Source: Camelus dromedarius
Lineage: Eukaryota
Assembly: GCF_036321535.1 (NCBI RefSeq)
Contig: NC_087438.1
Span: 7,752,001-7,816,000, forward strand
Direction: 5' to 3'
DNA: 64,000 nt
Shown here: positions 26,669 to 40,980 of the stretch, piece by piece
How positions within the stretch are numbered: the first letter of the stretch is position 1
Layout: every line of letters begins with the position of its first letter
Program-made: the position numbers and the translations under genes
The notes under the pieces: generated by a model
What the model was told of the DNA's origin: nothing
The model's input: the letters and a program-made list of their open reading frames with translations, nothing else
Databases searched by the model: none

Positions 26669-29600
26669 GATGTCAATGGACTCAAGACCCAGTAGAAGTT
26701 AGCTAGAAGTAGGCTCCTGCTCGTTCTTCACCAAAGTCAAGAAAACATATGGTAGTTCTAACATAACCTCAAAAATGCCCTGAATGGAGGTATGCTGGGA
26801 CGTGTATTATTTAACAAATAAAAGTCAAAACACAAAAATGTATGCATATATGACATCTGCATTCTGGACCCTACAAAGCAAAGAGAAACTGTTAAAGGAG
26901 GGGAGAAAAGCTTGACAAATAATAGATAAAACTAGGGGCCCTTTGACATGGGGTAACAGGATGATCTGCTTGTCTCTCTGATGGGGATGCTATTGAATGA
27001 TTCTATCGTATCACATTTACTAATTTGACATTTTACTTCCTGCGGGAAAAAATTAAATAAAATACAACTTTGTCTCCTTAATTTGCTTTATCCTTATTCA
27101 TCATGCTACTCCCAATGACAGAGGTGCTTCCAATGACATCTTTATGGAGTAATGGAGTGCTTTACTTTGCAAAGCAACATAAGCGTTACCAATAACCCTG
27201 CAAGACAATTAATCCATCCCACCTGCAGATTCCAATGCTGTTCCATTAATTTACTTCTGGAACTAAGTAAATGAGTGCCTGTAGCAAAGTTGGCTGTTCT
27301 TAAATGTTTCAGGTGGAATTGGCACATGTCCAAAGTTAAATTCCTTCCTTGTCTCCCATCCCCCAAGTAGACATATTTAGGTAGCTCCTGAAAGCCATTT
27401 GAAATATTTTTCTTCCACACACATCTCTAAAGGATAACTTCTTTTGCTGTTTAATTCTCTGGCACGTGACACTTGAGGGCCGGAAATGGAACCCCATGGG
27501 AGGAGGCAATGCCATCTTGATTCCAGGGAGGAAGAAATAAAACATAACCTTTGTAATTTTGGTACCTGCTCTTATCCCATGTTTAAGAGGCTTATTTTAG
27601 CTTGGATAGAAAAAGAATGCTGATGTCTAAATTACTACAATAAGAGTGTCATCATTCACTTGATGACAGCTGAAAAATGTCTGACAAAAATGCTTTGCCT
27701 GAAAACCCCCAAATGTAGCATATTTATTTTCCAATGACAGCATTTAAAACAGACTGGAGATCCTTTGTACAAGAGTAGTCTTCTGAGCAACTTGCTTTAT
27801 CTATTTATCATTAAATCACACTCAACTCTGGCTAAGAGTTTCGTTTTGTTGAGCTCAGCACACTGGCGACTTTATCATTAAATCCCACAAACCACTGTCA
27901 GACAAACTTGAATTCATTGATGCGAGAAGACGGTGGGTCCTTCTTTAGCAGGGAAGAGACGGAGGAAGGAAACAGTAAATCCTTTCAATCATCGTGCACA
28001 CGGGAGCACTCCCACTCCTTAATGAGCATGGAAGACTGGTTTTGCAACCTTGGATGTTGTCAAGATTGAGAACAAAAACAAGGAGAGGGAGAGGATTCGG
28101 CTGCAGCCTTTTTTTTTTTTTTTTAAGATTTTGTTATCTTCCTTAAAAAAAATTATGACAGACATAGTTTCATAGCTTCCCAACTCGTGAGCCCTGAATG
28201 AGAGACAAGGTGTCCCCATAGGGTCCAGGTGGCAGGAACTACCACTTCCCCAGAGCAGCCTTTTCGACTTGCCCCAGGGCGTGGTACCAATACCATCGTT
28301 TTCCACATGAACCACAGCCTGGAAAAGAGCAGGAGTCACTGCCGTATACATGGGCACAGGGACATGAAGGGCGCCTAGGGCTCGGCGGTGCTTTGGGAGG
28401 TGATGGCGTGGGTTGGGATGCTGTGTGGATGCAGAGGACATCATAAGAGCACAGGTCTCACCCAACGGTTGAGCCTGGCATGAGACAGAAGAGCTTCCCA
28501 TCACAGAACGAACTGCTGAGGCCTGAGAAAGGGGCAGTGGCACCACCAACCACTGCAGACTGGGGACCACTCCCTCTTCCTCTGGATTTAACTCAGTTTA
28601 AAAACAAAGTAACTGATCTGACACAGACCAAAAGCCATAGAGTGACTCCTGCTGGTGATACCACCTGGCGGGGTGACTAATATTTCAGGACAAAAAACAA
28701 GGACTCACGACTACAAAGAGTTGGCCATGAGGGGACCGGAGACAGGAGAGCAGCCATGATGGGGAATCCTCAGACAAGGCTTGGAGTCCAGTGAAACGCT
28801 GGAAAGAGGATTCCGAAATTTCTAGCTGGGACAATGGGTGGGTAGTGAAAACCGAGTGAATCCTAAAGGTTTAATAATAATGGACATGTTGGATTTCTAT
28901 TTTCCTTTTCCACACAAAGAAAAATATGCATAATTAGTAAAAATTAGATGGGAGAACCACGCTGCAAAAATCTCATGGGAGACAAGCAGGTCATCGGGTT
29001 CAAAAGACACTTTGATTTGTGAAAACAAAGTGACTGCCTTGCCCTGCCTCCATCTGGAATAGGTATTTTTCCCATTATCCATTCTCATTGCGTCCTATGC
29101 TACAACAGAAAAGCACAATGCTCCCTGAGATGAAAACAAAACAAACAACAGCTCCGCCGCCACTACCAACAAAAAGGTCACCCTGTCTCGCTCAAATTCT
29201 CAACGGGAATGAATCCTTGGACCACTTCTTCGAAGTTACTTAGTCTATAAGCAAAACAATTTTACCTCTGACTTTTGCAATTCTGATATAACTACTGGAG
29301 ATATTGCATTAAAAAACCCTGCTGTTTCTATCAATACAGACCAACTGTAACTTTGTGACTTTGCTACCATTCCTCCCCTGTGTGTTTGTAAACTGCACGT
29401 AAAAACGATTTTCTCTTTATGGTTCTTTTTGGGAGTCTTTACATTTAGAGTTGGGCACAGGAAGGTGTGTGGACAGACTCAGGAGAGCTAACAAACTGTG
29501 TTGCCCCAGAAGGGGGCTCCTTGTAGAGTTCTTGTGGGATGTCTGCGCTTGGGTAACAGCTTGACTCTTGCAGACTACGCCTGTTTCTGTGTTGTTTGTT

Positions 29601-30004
29601 TATATCTGTTCCTATTTCTATTTCAGGACTAAGCCTATTTCTGGTATTGATTTGTGTGCCGTCACTTGGTTCCCCCATTGGTGGCAGCAATATTGAGTGG
29701 TGGTTTTCTGGTCTAACCACCTGTGCACTCCCGAGTCCCTTCCCATGCTGATGGTACATCACTCTGAATCACTGATACCGTCCTCTGTATAGCTGGGCTT
29801 TGTGATGCAACATGGTAAACTCAAATCTCTCAATCCAGCTTTAGAGAAGAGATATTTAAAAAAAAATGTCAGCTGGAACGGAGAACAGCCCTGGATGAGG
29901 AACATTGTGCCTCCTTCATCTGTGAGGTCTTGGTACCTCCTTGGCTTCCCTGTTTCTGGAGCTGTTAAAACTGACCTCTGAGTTTGTGCTAAGATGCTCT
30001 AAAT

Positions 30005-32850
30005 TAATTTTTTTTTCAGTTTTTTTAATGGTCTTAAAAAAACGCATAGTAGAAATTCAACATCTTGCCCATTTGAAGTGGGCAGTTCAGGGATATTAAG
30101 TAAACTCATACTGTTGTGCCACCATCACCACCGTGTAGCTCCAGAACTCTTTTCCTCTTGCAAAACTGAAACTCTTTTAAACCATTAAATAACTCCCGGT
30201 CCCTCCAGCCCCCTACAACCAACATTCTACTTTCTATCTCTATGATTTTGACTACTCTACCCAACTCCACACAAGTGGAATCATATAGTGTATGTCTTTA
30301 TTTTGCTTAGCATAATGTCTTCACGCTTCATCCATACTGTAGAAAATACCAGAATTTCCTTGCTTTTTAAGTCTGAATGACATCCCATTGTATGCACATC
30401 CATTCATCTGCTAGTGGGCACTTGGGTTGCTTCTTCACTTTAGTCATTGTGAATATTTAGTTATTCTATGAACTGAGGGGTACAATATCCTTTCTTTTTC
30501 AATCTATGTGTCTTTGGATCTAAAGCGAGTCTCTTGTAGACAGCATATAGTTGGATTATGTTTTTTTTCCCATTCTGTTAACCTCTGACTTTTGATTGGA
30601 GAGCTTAAACCCTTTATATTGAAAATAATTATTTTAAGGAGGAGTTACTTCTGTTGTTTTGTTATTTGTTTTCTAAATGCCTTGTAACATTTTTTGCCCC
30701 TCATTTCCTACATTATTGTCTCTTTAGTGTTTGATTTTTTTTTTTTAAGTGAAATGTTTCAACTCCCTTCTCATCTCCTTTTGTGTATATTTTGTACCTA
30801 TTTTCTTTGTGGTTGCCATGTGGATTACATTTAATATCCTAAAGTTATGACACTCCAATTTAAATTTACACCAGCTTAACTTCAATAACATACAAAGAAC
30901 TCTGTTCGTTCATAGCTCTACCCCTACCCTTTTAAATTATGGATGTCACAAAATTACATCTTTGTATGTTGTGTTCAAAAAAGATAAAATAATAATTTTT
31001 TAATGCATTGGTCTCTTAAAGTATATAGAACAGAAAATGTGGAGTTTTAAGCCAAAGGTACAATAATACTAGCTTTTAGACTAATAATTTTTTACAAAGG
31101 CATTATTCTCTTGAATCATGTTTTAAAACAAAGTAGTCACAAACTGTGGTTACAGTAATACTAGCTTTTATAATTACCATACATTTACCTTCACTGAGAT
31201 CTCTATTTCTTTAATATGACTTCTGATTACTGTCCTTTATTTCAAATTGCAAGATTACCTTTACTTGCGGGGCAGGTCTAGTGATGATAAACTCCCCCAG
31301 CGTTCGTTTACCTGGGGATGTCTTGATTTCTCCTTTGTTTTTGAAAGACAGTTTGGCCAAATACAGGATTCTTGGTTGACAGTTTTTCTCTTTTAGCGCT
31401 TTGAAAAGATAGCCCATTGCTTTCTGGCTTCCAAAGTTTCTGATGAGAAATCTGTTTCTATCTTATTGAGGATCCCTTGTATTTGATGAGTCACTTCTCT
31501 TTTGCTGCTTTCAAAATTCACTCTATCTGTCTTTGGACAGTCTGTCTCAGTGTGGGTCTCTGATTTATCCTACTCAGAGTCTGTTGAGCTTCTTGAATGT
31601 TTATATTCATGTTTTTCATTAAATTTGGGAAGTTTTCAGGCATTATGTCTCCAAATAATCTCTGTCCCTTTCTGTCTTCTTCGGGGGCTTCAAGTATGCT
31701 GTTTGCCTGATAGTGACTGACAGATTCCTTAGGCTCTGTTCATTTTTCTTTAATTTGTTTCCTTTCTATTCCTTGCACTTGATCATTTTAATTGCCCTAT
31801 TTTCAACTTCACTGATTCTTCTGCCTGCTAAAATGTGCCCTGGAATCCATTAGTGGCTTTTTCATTTCAATTATCAAAATTTTCAGCTCTAGAATTTCTT
31901 TTTTGTTTTCTTTTAAGTTTCCTATCTCTTTAATGATATTTCCATTTTATTCACACGTTTATTTGCTTAACTTTCTCCATGTCTTCTTTGAGTTCTTGGA
32001 GCATCTTTCCAAATGGCATCAGTTCTGCCCTTTGGTCTTTCTCAGGGACAGTTCCTGCTGGTTCATTTTTCTCCTGTGGATGGGCAACACTTCCCTATTT
32101 CTTTGTATACACAGTGATTTTGTTGTTGTTGAAAACTGAACATTGACATCTAACAATGGAGTAACCCTGGAAATCAGATTCTTCCCCCTCTCCTTGCCTG
32201 GGTTTGCTAGTTTTTGTTTTTAATTGTCGGAGGATGTCTGTGCACTAAGGTGTAAACTTAAGGTCTCCTCAGGTCTTTTCTGAACCCCATGCCTTTCCCT
32301 GAGCATGCATGGTCATTTTCTAAATTTCCCCATACATGCATTTACTTTTGAATGTCCTAGTCTTTAAGGTCTGGCTCCCAAAAGGGGGAAAAGAGAACAA
32401 TGAAAGGGGAGGGAAGGACATCAATCCTTTAACTTCCCTGGAAGTCACTTCAGCCGAAGGGTGAGGGGTTTTCAAGTAGGAGTGTGTGAACAGTGACTGC
32501 CTCCACGATCAGTAGCAACAATCTGAACACAGAGCCCCAACATTTGGAAGACAGAGTCCTTACTGCCCACCCTGGTTCCCACAAGCTGCATACAAGCTGC
32601 TTGGTAAGCACATGTTTAGCTGCCTGCCAAGGGGCTTGGAGTGAGAAATGGGTAGCTGCTACTGTGCTGAGAGCTGAAAATGACCAAAATTAACCATAAT
32701 TTACCATCCAAGCTGTCCCTTGACAGTCGCAAGCCTTCATTCGACTCAAGTTTCAAAATAGTTACATTGGACAGATTGGGCCAGTGAGACACAGATTGGG
32801 CCAGTGAGACTGCAGTCTGTGCGGGGGGTCAGATTCCTGAATTCTCTCCC
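30005..32850 (-). mobile_element. Old L1M element(s): L1MB-like 3'UTR joined to an ORF1/5'UTR block, most of ORF2 absent
   Basis: 3'UTR motifs at 30050-30480 ('ccatcaccacc...ccagaactcttt...aaactgaaactct'); ORF1 remnant FKALKEKNCQPRILYLAKLSFKNKGEIKT (31211-31417). Confidence 0.85.
32771..32810. repeat. Perfect 20-bp tandem duplication (ACAGATTGGGCCAGTGAGAC x2)
   Basis: Read directly from the sequence. Confidence 0.95.
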
Positions 32851-35800
32851 CACTCTGAATTTACACTGATCAGTGGTTGAAGATGTAAAAGCGAGGCACT
32901 GATTTTCTTGTGATTGTGTATCTATAGGAAAATGTGAAAAGAGCCTTTAGCTCCTTTGCCCAAGGAAAATCTTTAGTCCTTACTAACGATCAGCAGTGCA
33001 ACGCTCTGTGCGGAGGCACAGCTCTTTCTGCAATGCTGTTAGCTCCTTTTCCTCATTCCTTTGTCTTTTTGGAAAAGCTTGGAGTTTAATGTTTCATAAA
33101 ATCTACCACTTTGAGGACATCTAATACAAACAGCTTATCATGAAAGGGGAGAAAGCATATGCCAAAAAAAAAAATCTATATTTTAAAACTGGTTTATGTG
33201 GCTTTTAGACCAAAGAGGTGACACATTCACTATGGCATTGCTTGGTTATTGAGAAGGTTTGAATGTCTGTTTACATGGGAAAATTTGGAACTAAGCTGCA
33301 GTTATTTTCTGTCTTTAGGCAATAAGAACTTATATTTTGTGTCCCCTGACAGCCCTTTTTGAAATTGCCTTCTCCAAATCTATACCCCATAGTCAAACTA
33401 ATAAAACTTTAAAAAATGTTTTACATCTAAACCGTCTTTCGTGTTTCCCAGACTGCTGCTGGGTAACATCAAAGAGTTTTCTTTATCATCTTATGAAATA
33501 AGGGATGTTAGGAATAATTAGGTTATGTTTGGTATTCTACAGATTTTTATTTGGTTTATTACTATTGTAAGAGCTTTCCTATTTATCAAGCCTCCAACAA
33601 CAAAAAAAAGACCTGGCAAATGAAAAAAAGAGAAACTCAACCTCCACTTAATGATGACAAGTCTTGTGATGATGCTCCAGAAGTTACGGACCTTTCAGTT
33701 TGGTTGGAAGCAGGCTCCCTTTCATGTTAGAGGCTGGCGCAATAACGGCCAGCAAGTTTTTAAAAGAAAGATTCCATTTCTAGGCTTAAAAGAGCCTTTT
33801 CAGTTGGTGGGAATCCTAACATACTCTTGATGGGATAAATTAAAAGATCCTGGTGAGTTTTCAGTGCCCTCACTGTCTGTAATATATACTTACTATAATG
33901 GTAGTGACTGACTACCTTCTCATAAAACTAAACTTGTCTCCATTTGGATATGATTGGTTGTGATGAGTAAATAATCAGAGCAATTCTGCCTTATCATTAA
34001 CAAGTGGTGTCTGATTTTCTCTCACACTCTCCCAAAGACCCCGCCAGGGCCACAGATCAGTAATTGGGTCTGCTGGAAGAAACATCAAAAGAGCCTGATT
34101 AAAGAACTCTAATAGGAACCCTTAACGCTTGGTACAATGGAAAACAGGCTCTTGGTTACAGATCTCCCTGCAAGGTGATATCCTTACAGCAAAGGCGCAT
34201 CTCTCAGACGACCGAGGGATGGCGTCAGGGTTCCAGAACTCATTCACTCTGGGAATCTGCACTGCTAACTAACCCAAGATCAAGAGAGCAAGGATTAATT
34301 ACTTAGACTAAATGAAACAAATTTACTTGAGGTTAATGTTCTATTTTGAATTGGGCATGTTACAAAGTCCTTCTTTCTATTTCCTGTCTTTAATGCTTGA
34401 TGTAACAGGTTATGCTTATAATAACGAGGTGAAACGTTCTTTAAGTGGGATCTTGTTCTAGTCAAGCCTTCAGAACTCAGGAAAAAAGGAAAATTCTTCA
34501 AATAGATAAGATAATAAGCTATCAGGAAAAATTAATCATCATCATCATCATCATTATCCTGTTTAACAATGTATGTTGCTTGGTCCTCCCTACACAACTT
34601 AAAACAGTACTTAAATAATACTAAAAAAAAAAAAAAAAAAAAAGAAGCCCTGGCTAACCTGTTTACCTTCTTTAACCATAGATTTTTATAGATTGAACTA
34701 CAGTCTGTCTTCCCTTCTACTGGGACATCACTGAAAAAATTAAATCCGTATCCATGACCATGCCACAGAGGCCACATTTAAAGGCAAATATAATTTAATT
34801 ACATATGATAAGCCCATTAAAAAGCAAGGAGACCTTATGTGTGGGACTAGTGCCCACAGCACCCTCCCAGGACACTGGCCTGACTCGTCTTGTGTGGCCT
34901 ACAGTAGCCTCGCCCTCCAGGCATCACGGACAGGAGTATTGAAAGTTGGGGCTCAGAGAGACGGAACAACCCCTGCGTCCCAGGTAACGGAGGTGAGGCT
35001 GCCAGTGCTGGGTCACTGAGCCCAGCAGACGAGGCGAAAGGGAATAAAATATTTCTATGACACAAAGAAACCAAAATGACCAACCTAGGATCTACAAGCA
35101 AAACAAAAGTTAACTCTCGAGCTTTATTATCACATCGGTCTGGTTTTGGTAACCGTGTCCAGAGGACTTTATGAATGAGTTTACCTATGTTTGTATAACT
35201 GGTCAAATTTGGAAACCATCAGATTAATGGTCACAAACAAGAAAACTGCTAAGCAAACACCAGCGGTTAAATCTGCATCTGAGGGGCAGAACGTCAGCAT
35301 TAGGAGGGCCGTGAAGGAAAACTGGTACCTTGTTTTGCCTCCTTCCTGACTGCCTGCACATCATGTGCTCATCACAGCCCAGGGTCAGGAAAACAGAACA
35401 AAACAAGACAGCAGCCCAGGGAAACAAATCAAGAAAAGAAAAAGACAAAACACAGGCTCGCCCTTCCAGCCCTAGCCCCAAATAATGAATCTTCGAGTAA
35501 TCTTCTAGCAGCTACTGACTCCCAAACCAACTTTATCTCTGATGTTTGCAACCCTGATACGTGACAGCCAGCAGATTATCTTGTGAGAAAACTGCCGTTT
35601 GTCCCCCATGAACTGACTAACCATGGTGAATTTGTGCTTTTTTATTTTAAATGGGGAAGGCTGTCTCTTCTTAAGTCTGGATCCCTTGCAACAATTTGTA
35701 GTAAAAATCTCTTTCTCTTGATGCTTCTGTCTGTCTACCTCCCTTTCACAGACTGGAAAATGGCTGTGGTTTGATCATGTCAGCCCCTTCTTCCCAGAAT

Positions 35801-38800
35801 GGTACCCGTTCATCTCCACACCTGCCCCTTTGCTTCTGCTGGATTCAAATAAATATTTAATGAGCTGCATTAATTTTTTAAAAAATGAACCTTCTTTTAT
35901 GTTCCTTGTAGTTGCTTTAATTGATTAATGATTTATCTAAATAGAAAGAGAGAAGGGGAGAGAGAGGGACAGTCAGGGTAAGAAGGGAGGCTGGGAATCA
36001 GCGGTTGCTGCAGGCAGAGGCTGACACAAATGCTGGGAGAAACACTCAAGTTCCTTATGCTCCTTTCTAATGACTGTGACTTGAAAAAGCAAGCACGACC
36101 TTATGACACGTATCAGAACCTCTCTCACATGCCTGAATTGGTAAGCAGTCGGTCTGAGAAAATGATTCAAACAGTAATTCAACCCTCTGAATAGAAATCA
36201 TATTGAGGAAAGCAAATCTTACAGGTTCGCGGTATATGCTACGCAGTCCTTCCAAGAATTACCACGTCCAAATATATAACCTATTCCATCTGTTTGGAAG
36301 ACAAAAGGGATTGTATTTTTGAGCACCTTGAGATCTTATGCAGAAGATTTCACTGACTTAGACTCTGAGAAATTCTCACATTGTTGAAGTGTCAAGAAGT
36401 AAGGGAGTGAGTAGAAACACGGAGGAGAAGGTGGCTAAGATGCGCACATTTAACTTGCCTAAGAATCACTCTAAAAATAAAAGCCACAGTTAATTAACAG
36501 GAGGCTTGCTGAAGCTCCTTTTTGAACTGGAAATGAATGAATTTTTGAGAAATACTGAAAATGAGGCAAGTAACTGGTATAATACATTTTAACGGGATTT
36601 AAATCACTTGATTAAATACTAAGCATGATAGCAAAAAAATATTATCTCAATTTACTCCTTAATTTTAGCAGAAAGGAAGTAAAGGTGAAAATTTAAACAC
36701 CGATTCCAGCTTCAGGGGAGAAACCTACAAAGGCTTATTATTTTTAGGTCCAGATTGCTATCTAACAAAGATCCAAAACTCCCCTGGGATGAACATGTCA
36801 ATGGTGTGTCTGAGACAGATGAGGTTGGTATTTCTGTAAGAAAAGTTTGTTTTCAGGGGTAGAATCGGAAATTAGTCCTCTGGCCAGATATCAGCACGTT
36901 TGGATAATGGTCGTGCACTGATTAATGCGAAGAGTCTGATGAAGAAGTGCAACATTGTATCCTGTGTTCTCGCTTTCTCAAACTGATCTACCCCTCTGCC
37001 AAAATAAAAAGTAGTCTCCACAGAGAGCACAAAGAGAGGGAATCAGCTAGAGGTCTTCTTCATATATTACTACTCATAGTTTATGTTACGGAGTGCTTCA
37101 CCTTTTTCAAGAAAAGTCACTTCTGTTTCAGTTTCTGCTTTGCATCTCCCCAGGGGTACAGAAAAGGCAGGTACCATTTCCAATTTACATACAGACAGAT
37201 GCAGTCTAAAGAGATTAAATGGTGTGTGTGAGGTTGCAGGACTATCTCTTGGCTTTGGTATCTTTCTGGGAGTCTCTTGGCCAGAAACTTCTCTCTCCCA
37301 CCAGCCCTCCTCACTCCCACCTCTGAGCTCTTTTCACAGGTATAATCTGTCCTGCCTGTAAGACACCTACCCCAAAGCTCACTGATTCGAACGATACGTT
37401 TACTGAAGTTGCACCTAGTTAGCTTGCGTGTGTAACCAATCTTTCCAACAATAATATAAACAGGACAGGATGGCATCTAATAACCTTACACTTCCTGATA
37501 AATGAATAAACAATTTACTGAGCTCTCTGACTACACAATGTGAAATGCAACCACAGCGCTGTGATGAGAATGCATTCACATTTATTATCCTGCTGCGGGC
37601 GTCACCTACCTCTGTGACAGGTCCCTGGAACACCAGTTTGACAGGATGCTGTATTCTAAGAAGGGTTTCACTGCAGCACGTGTGTGGGAGATGCCGCGCT
37701 TGGCACTCGGAGACTTACAATGTATGGCAGCAAAGCGAAGGCCATTCCCAGACCGACAGTTACACAAAATGCAACCACTTGGTGAACTGAGTTTAACCTC
37801 GAGTTTCCCAAATTTATCCGAAAAGAGGAACCTTTTTGGGCATGACACCCGTTCCCCTCCCAGAGGACCGGGGTCTGGGGGCCTCACTCGGGGTGGTCCT
37901 GCTGGATTAGGGCAGCTGCATTTCTGCTCGTATTACTATTATTCTTCCATGTCACCGAATACCCACACATCCGTCCCACCAAAGACATCCTAGCTTCACA
38001 GCAACCTGACTTACTGTGGATGAAACTCAGAATTGCTCTGCCCATGCCAAGGACAGCTGGAGAGAATGCATGGTAGTTAGTGCATTTTAAGATCGGCTGT
38101 TAGGAGTTGCTCACTGTAAACACACCCTGTTCCTAAATGCATCAGTCTTTTTCTGACTTCATACATTCACCCCTTACCCCCATTCTTTGTTCACAGAGGA
38201 CTTCGTAAACCAGAGAGATAAATGTCACAGAAGAAGGATATATGGTTATCCGCCTATAATTCCACCTTCCTCATCAATCAGTGAGTTGCTTATGGAAGAA
38301 TTCCCAGGGCAGGTTCTCAAATAGAGGAAGTTCATAGACGGAAATTCACTTAATGTTATGTCCCAAGTTGATTTTCTTCCTAGGACCTGCCAGCCAAGTC
38401 AAGTGCTGGTTTCCACTAGGCAATTCTGATTTATATTACTGAACTGAGCTTTGGATACCAGTGGGTCTTATCTGGATTTGGGGGACTGGCTCCCCAAGGT
38501 CTGATTTTGTTTATATAAACCCTGGGCATGAAAGACCCACCTTCACAGTTGAAATAAATGTCAGAGAGCAGGTAACTGGAGGCAGTGTGGGGTCGACTGG
38601 AGCCATCAATCCATCTAACCTTCTAACACACATCACGGACACTAAATTATATGCCAGGGGCCTGAACTTATTCCATATCTTATAAACCCCCCGTCTCCCT
38701 TATGCTGAGGAGATAATCTCCTTCTCTAGACACAAGATGGTGTAGAGCAGTTCTCACTAACAAAAGTGATCATTCCTTTTCTTTAAGAAAAAAAATCTTC

Positions 38801-40589
38801 TCTTCATTTGTCCTACTTTGAGATTGATTTTTAAGTCTTTATTTATATAACTCAATGTCTAGGTCAAAGATTATTTTTTAGTTTCTGTCCATATGTAATT
38901 TTTTTTTAGAATAAAGAAATTTGGTATCTTTTATATTTTTGATAGTAGGAAGAATGCCAATTTTGGTTTGGGGTTCCTTATTGGAACCCAAAGATAATGA
39001 CAAATCATTTTAATAAAAATGGGTTGTGTTTTAGATATTTCTCCAAATTCCCTAGCTAGTGAAAAACACTCCTCCTGTGAACTAAAAAATATATTGGGCT
39101 ATAGAACATTGCTTGTTTCTTTATTAAGTAACCACAGTGGACCTTTCATATGAAATTGTTGGCATTATTAATGTATCTAGAATTCTACTGTTTATATATT
39201 GTAGGTTTCTGTGTGTGTACAACTAAAACTTAAGGGATTTACACTTTGATGAATTTAAAACTCTGGTAAGTGTGTTTGTACTATACTAAAATAAAATCAA
39301 CAACTCATAATTATGTGGACAATCCACAAGGTGATAGATAGAAAAAAGATAAGGTATGATGATAATGAGTAAAAAGAGACCAAGTAGATACAAAGGCAGA
39401 AGCAAAAAATGAGCCCAGAGAACCAGAAATGGACCAAAGTTGATTTCCACCAGTCCTACTTGATCAAAATGACTAAATATTAGCTCTGAGCCCAGCTGAC
39501 GACACATTCATTACGAGCAACATTTAATATTGCAAAATTGTAGGAAAAGAAAAAAAACTGGACAGTCCTTTGGCAGTTTCTTTATTGTAAAGGGATTTCA
39601 CTTGGAGCAAAGGAGGAAGATACACTGAACAGAAGAGATTGTAAGGAAGATTAAAAAAAGGTAGGAAAATATTAGACAGAGTTTCGGTAGATCAGTTGCC
39701 CCCAAGCCCAGCAGAACAGCTGGTGGTTGAGTTTTCTTACCTAAACAGTTGCAGTTTTTGAAAATGGGAAGCATGCACTTGTCTCAGGCAGAAGAGAGAG
39801 GGGGTCTGTCTGAGAGTGACCTGCACACTCTAGTGATGGCAGCCTCCGCCCTGCGGGGATCTGACTATCCTGGCTGGCTGCTCTCACCGCGGTGTGGTCT
39901 GCTGATGGGAGGGCCACCTCCTCAGTAGGAATGACTTCTTCCCAGTGTCAACTTCTAGAACGGACACTGCAGGCTTAGCCCTGGAGCTCTGTCAAGCTGA
40001 TGCAGCATGATAGAAAAGAATCACCCAGGAGCCTACACTCTGGTCTACAAACAGTTAATGATTATAATGCAATGATGGTGGTCAGCAACATCAAAACAAA
40101 CCCCAAATCTACGCAAATCCAAACCAAGCATTCAGCAAAAACAACTGGGAGTCTTCACGTGATCGAAATGCTTTCTGCGTGCTGCGTGTAGTCCAGGGTG
40201 GCATCTCTGCTACCTTATTTTCAAAGTCAATAGGAACGCAGAGTATGCTTCCAGGAATGTGCGGGCCATCAGCTCTTCTGAAAGGGTGACGATCCGGTGG
40301 TGCTAGTCTGGCCTAACTTAGTGCCACTAGCTACCCGGAGATCTCACAGCAGCTTCTTTCCTTCCAGGGACAAATGGCAAAGGCCAAGTACAGGAGCTGC
40401 GAGGTGGGCAGGGCCTGGAATTAACAGCCTTATTCAAGGAAGGGAAACCATGACCTGGGAAAGGGCAGAGAGCCATCTGGCGCTCCTGCTCTTCCTCAAG
40501 GAAGTCAGGCCAGAGCCCAGCTGGAGAGGAATTCGGGACTTCAGGGAGGTGTCCCCTTAGCCACTGTGGGTGATGCTCAGGTGTCAGAA

Positions 40590-40980
40590 ATCTATTTCTA
40601 TCAGAAATTTATTTTCTCACAGTTCTTGAGGCCAGAAGTCTGAAATCAAGGTGTCGGCAGGGCCCAGCTCCCTCAAGGCTCCAGGAGAGCCTCTTCCAGC
40701 TTCTGGTGGCTCCTGGCATTTACCGACTCATGGCTGCGTCACCCCAGTCTCCGCCTCCATCTTCCCAGGGCCATCTCCTCTGTGTGTCTGAATCATCTCC
40801 AACTCTGCCAAGTGACACTTGTCACTGATTTAGGGCCCGCCTGAGTAGTTGTGATCATCTTATCCCAAGATCCTTAACTTAATTACATCTGCAGAGGTTA
40901 TTTTTCCAAATAAGGTCACATTCAGACATTGTGAGGATTTGAATGTAGATCTGTATTTTGAGGAGCCACCATTCAACTCA
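40590..40980 (-). mobile_element. MaLR LTR (MLT1-type)
   Basis: 'cagaaatttattttctcacagttcttgaggccagaagtctgaaatcaaggtgtcggcaggg...ccttaacttaattacatctgca...ccaaataaggtcacattc'. Confidence 0.88.

Noticed and set aside
28019..28570. 183-aa minus-strand ORF, the longest in the track
   Set aside because: No similarity to a protein I recognise, it crosses a homopolymer run, and it lacks exon-like boundaries.
34915..34940. REST/NRSE-like motif (gcatcacggacagg)
   Set aside because: Only about 12 of 21 positions match the RE1 consensus, and the left half-site is broken.
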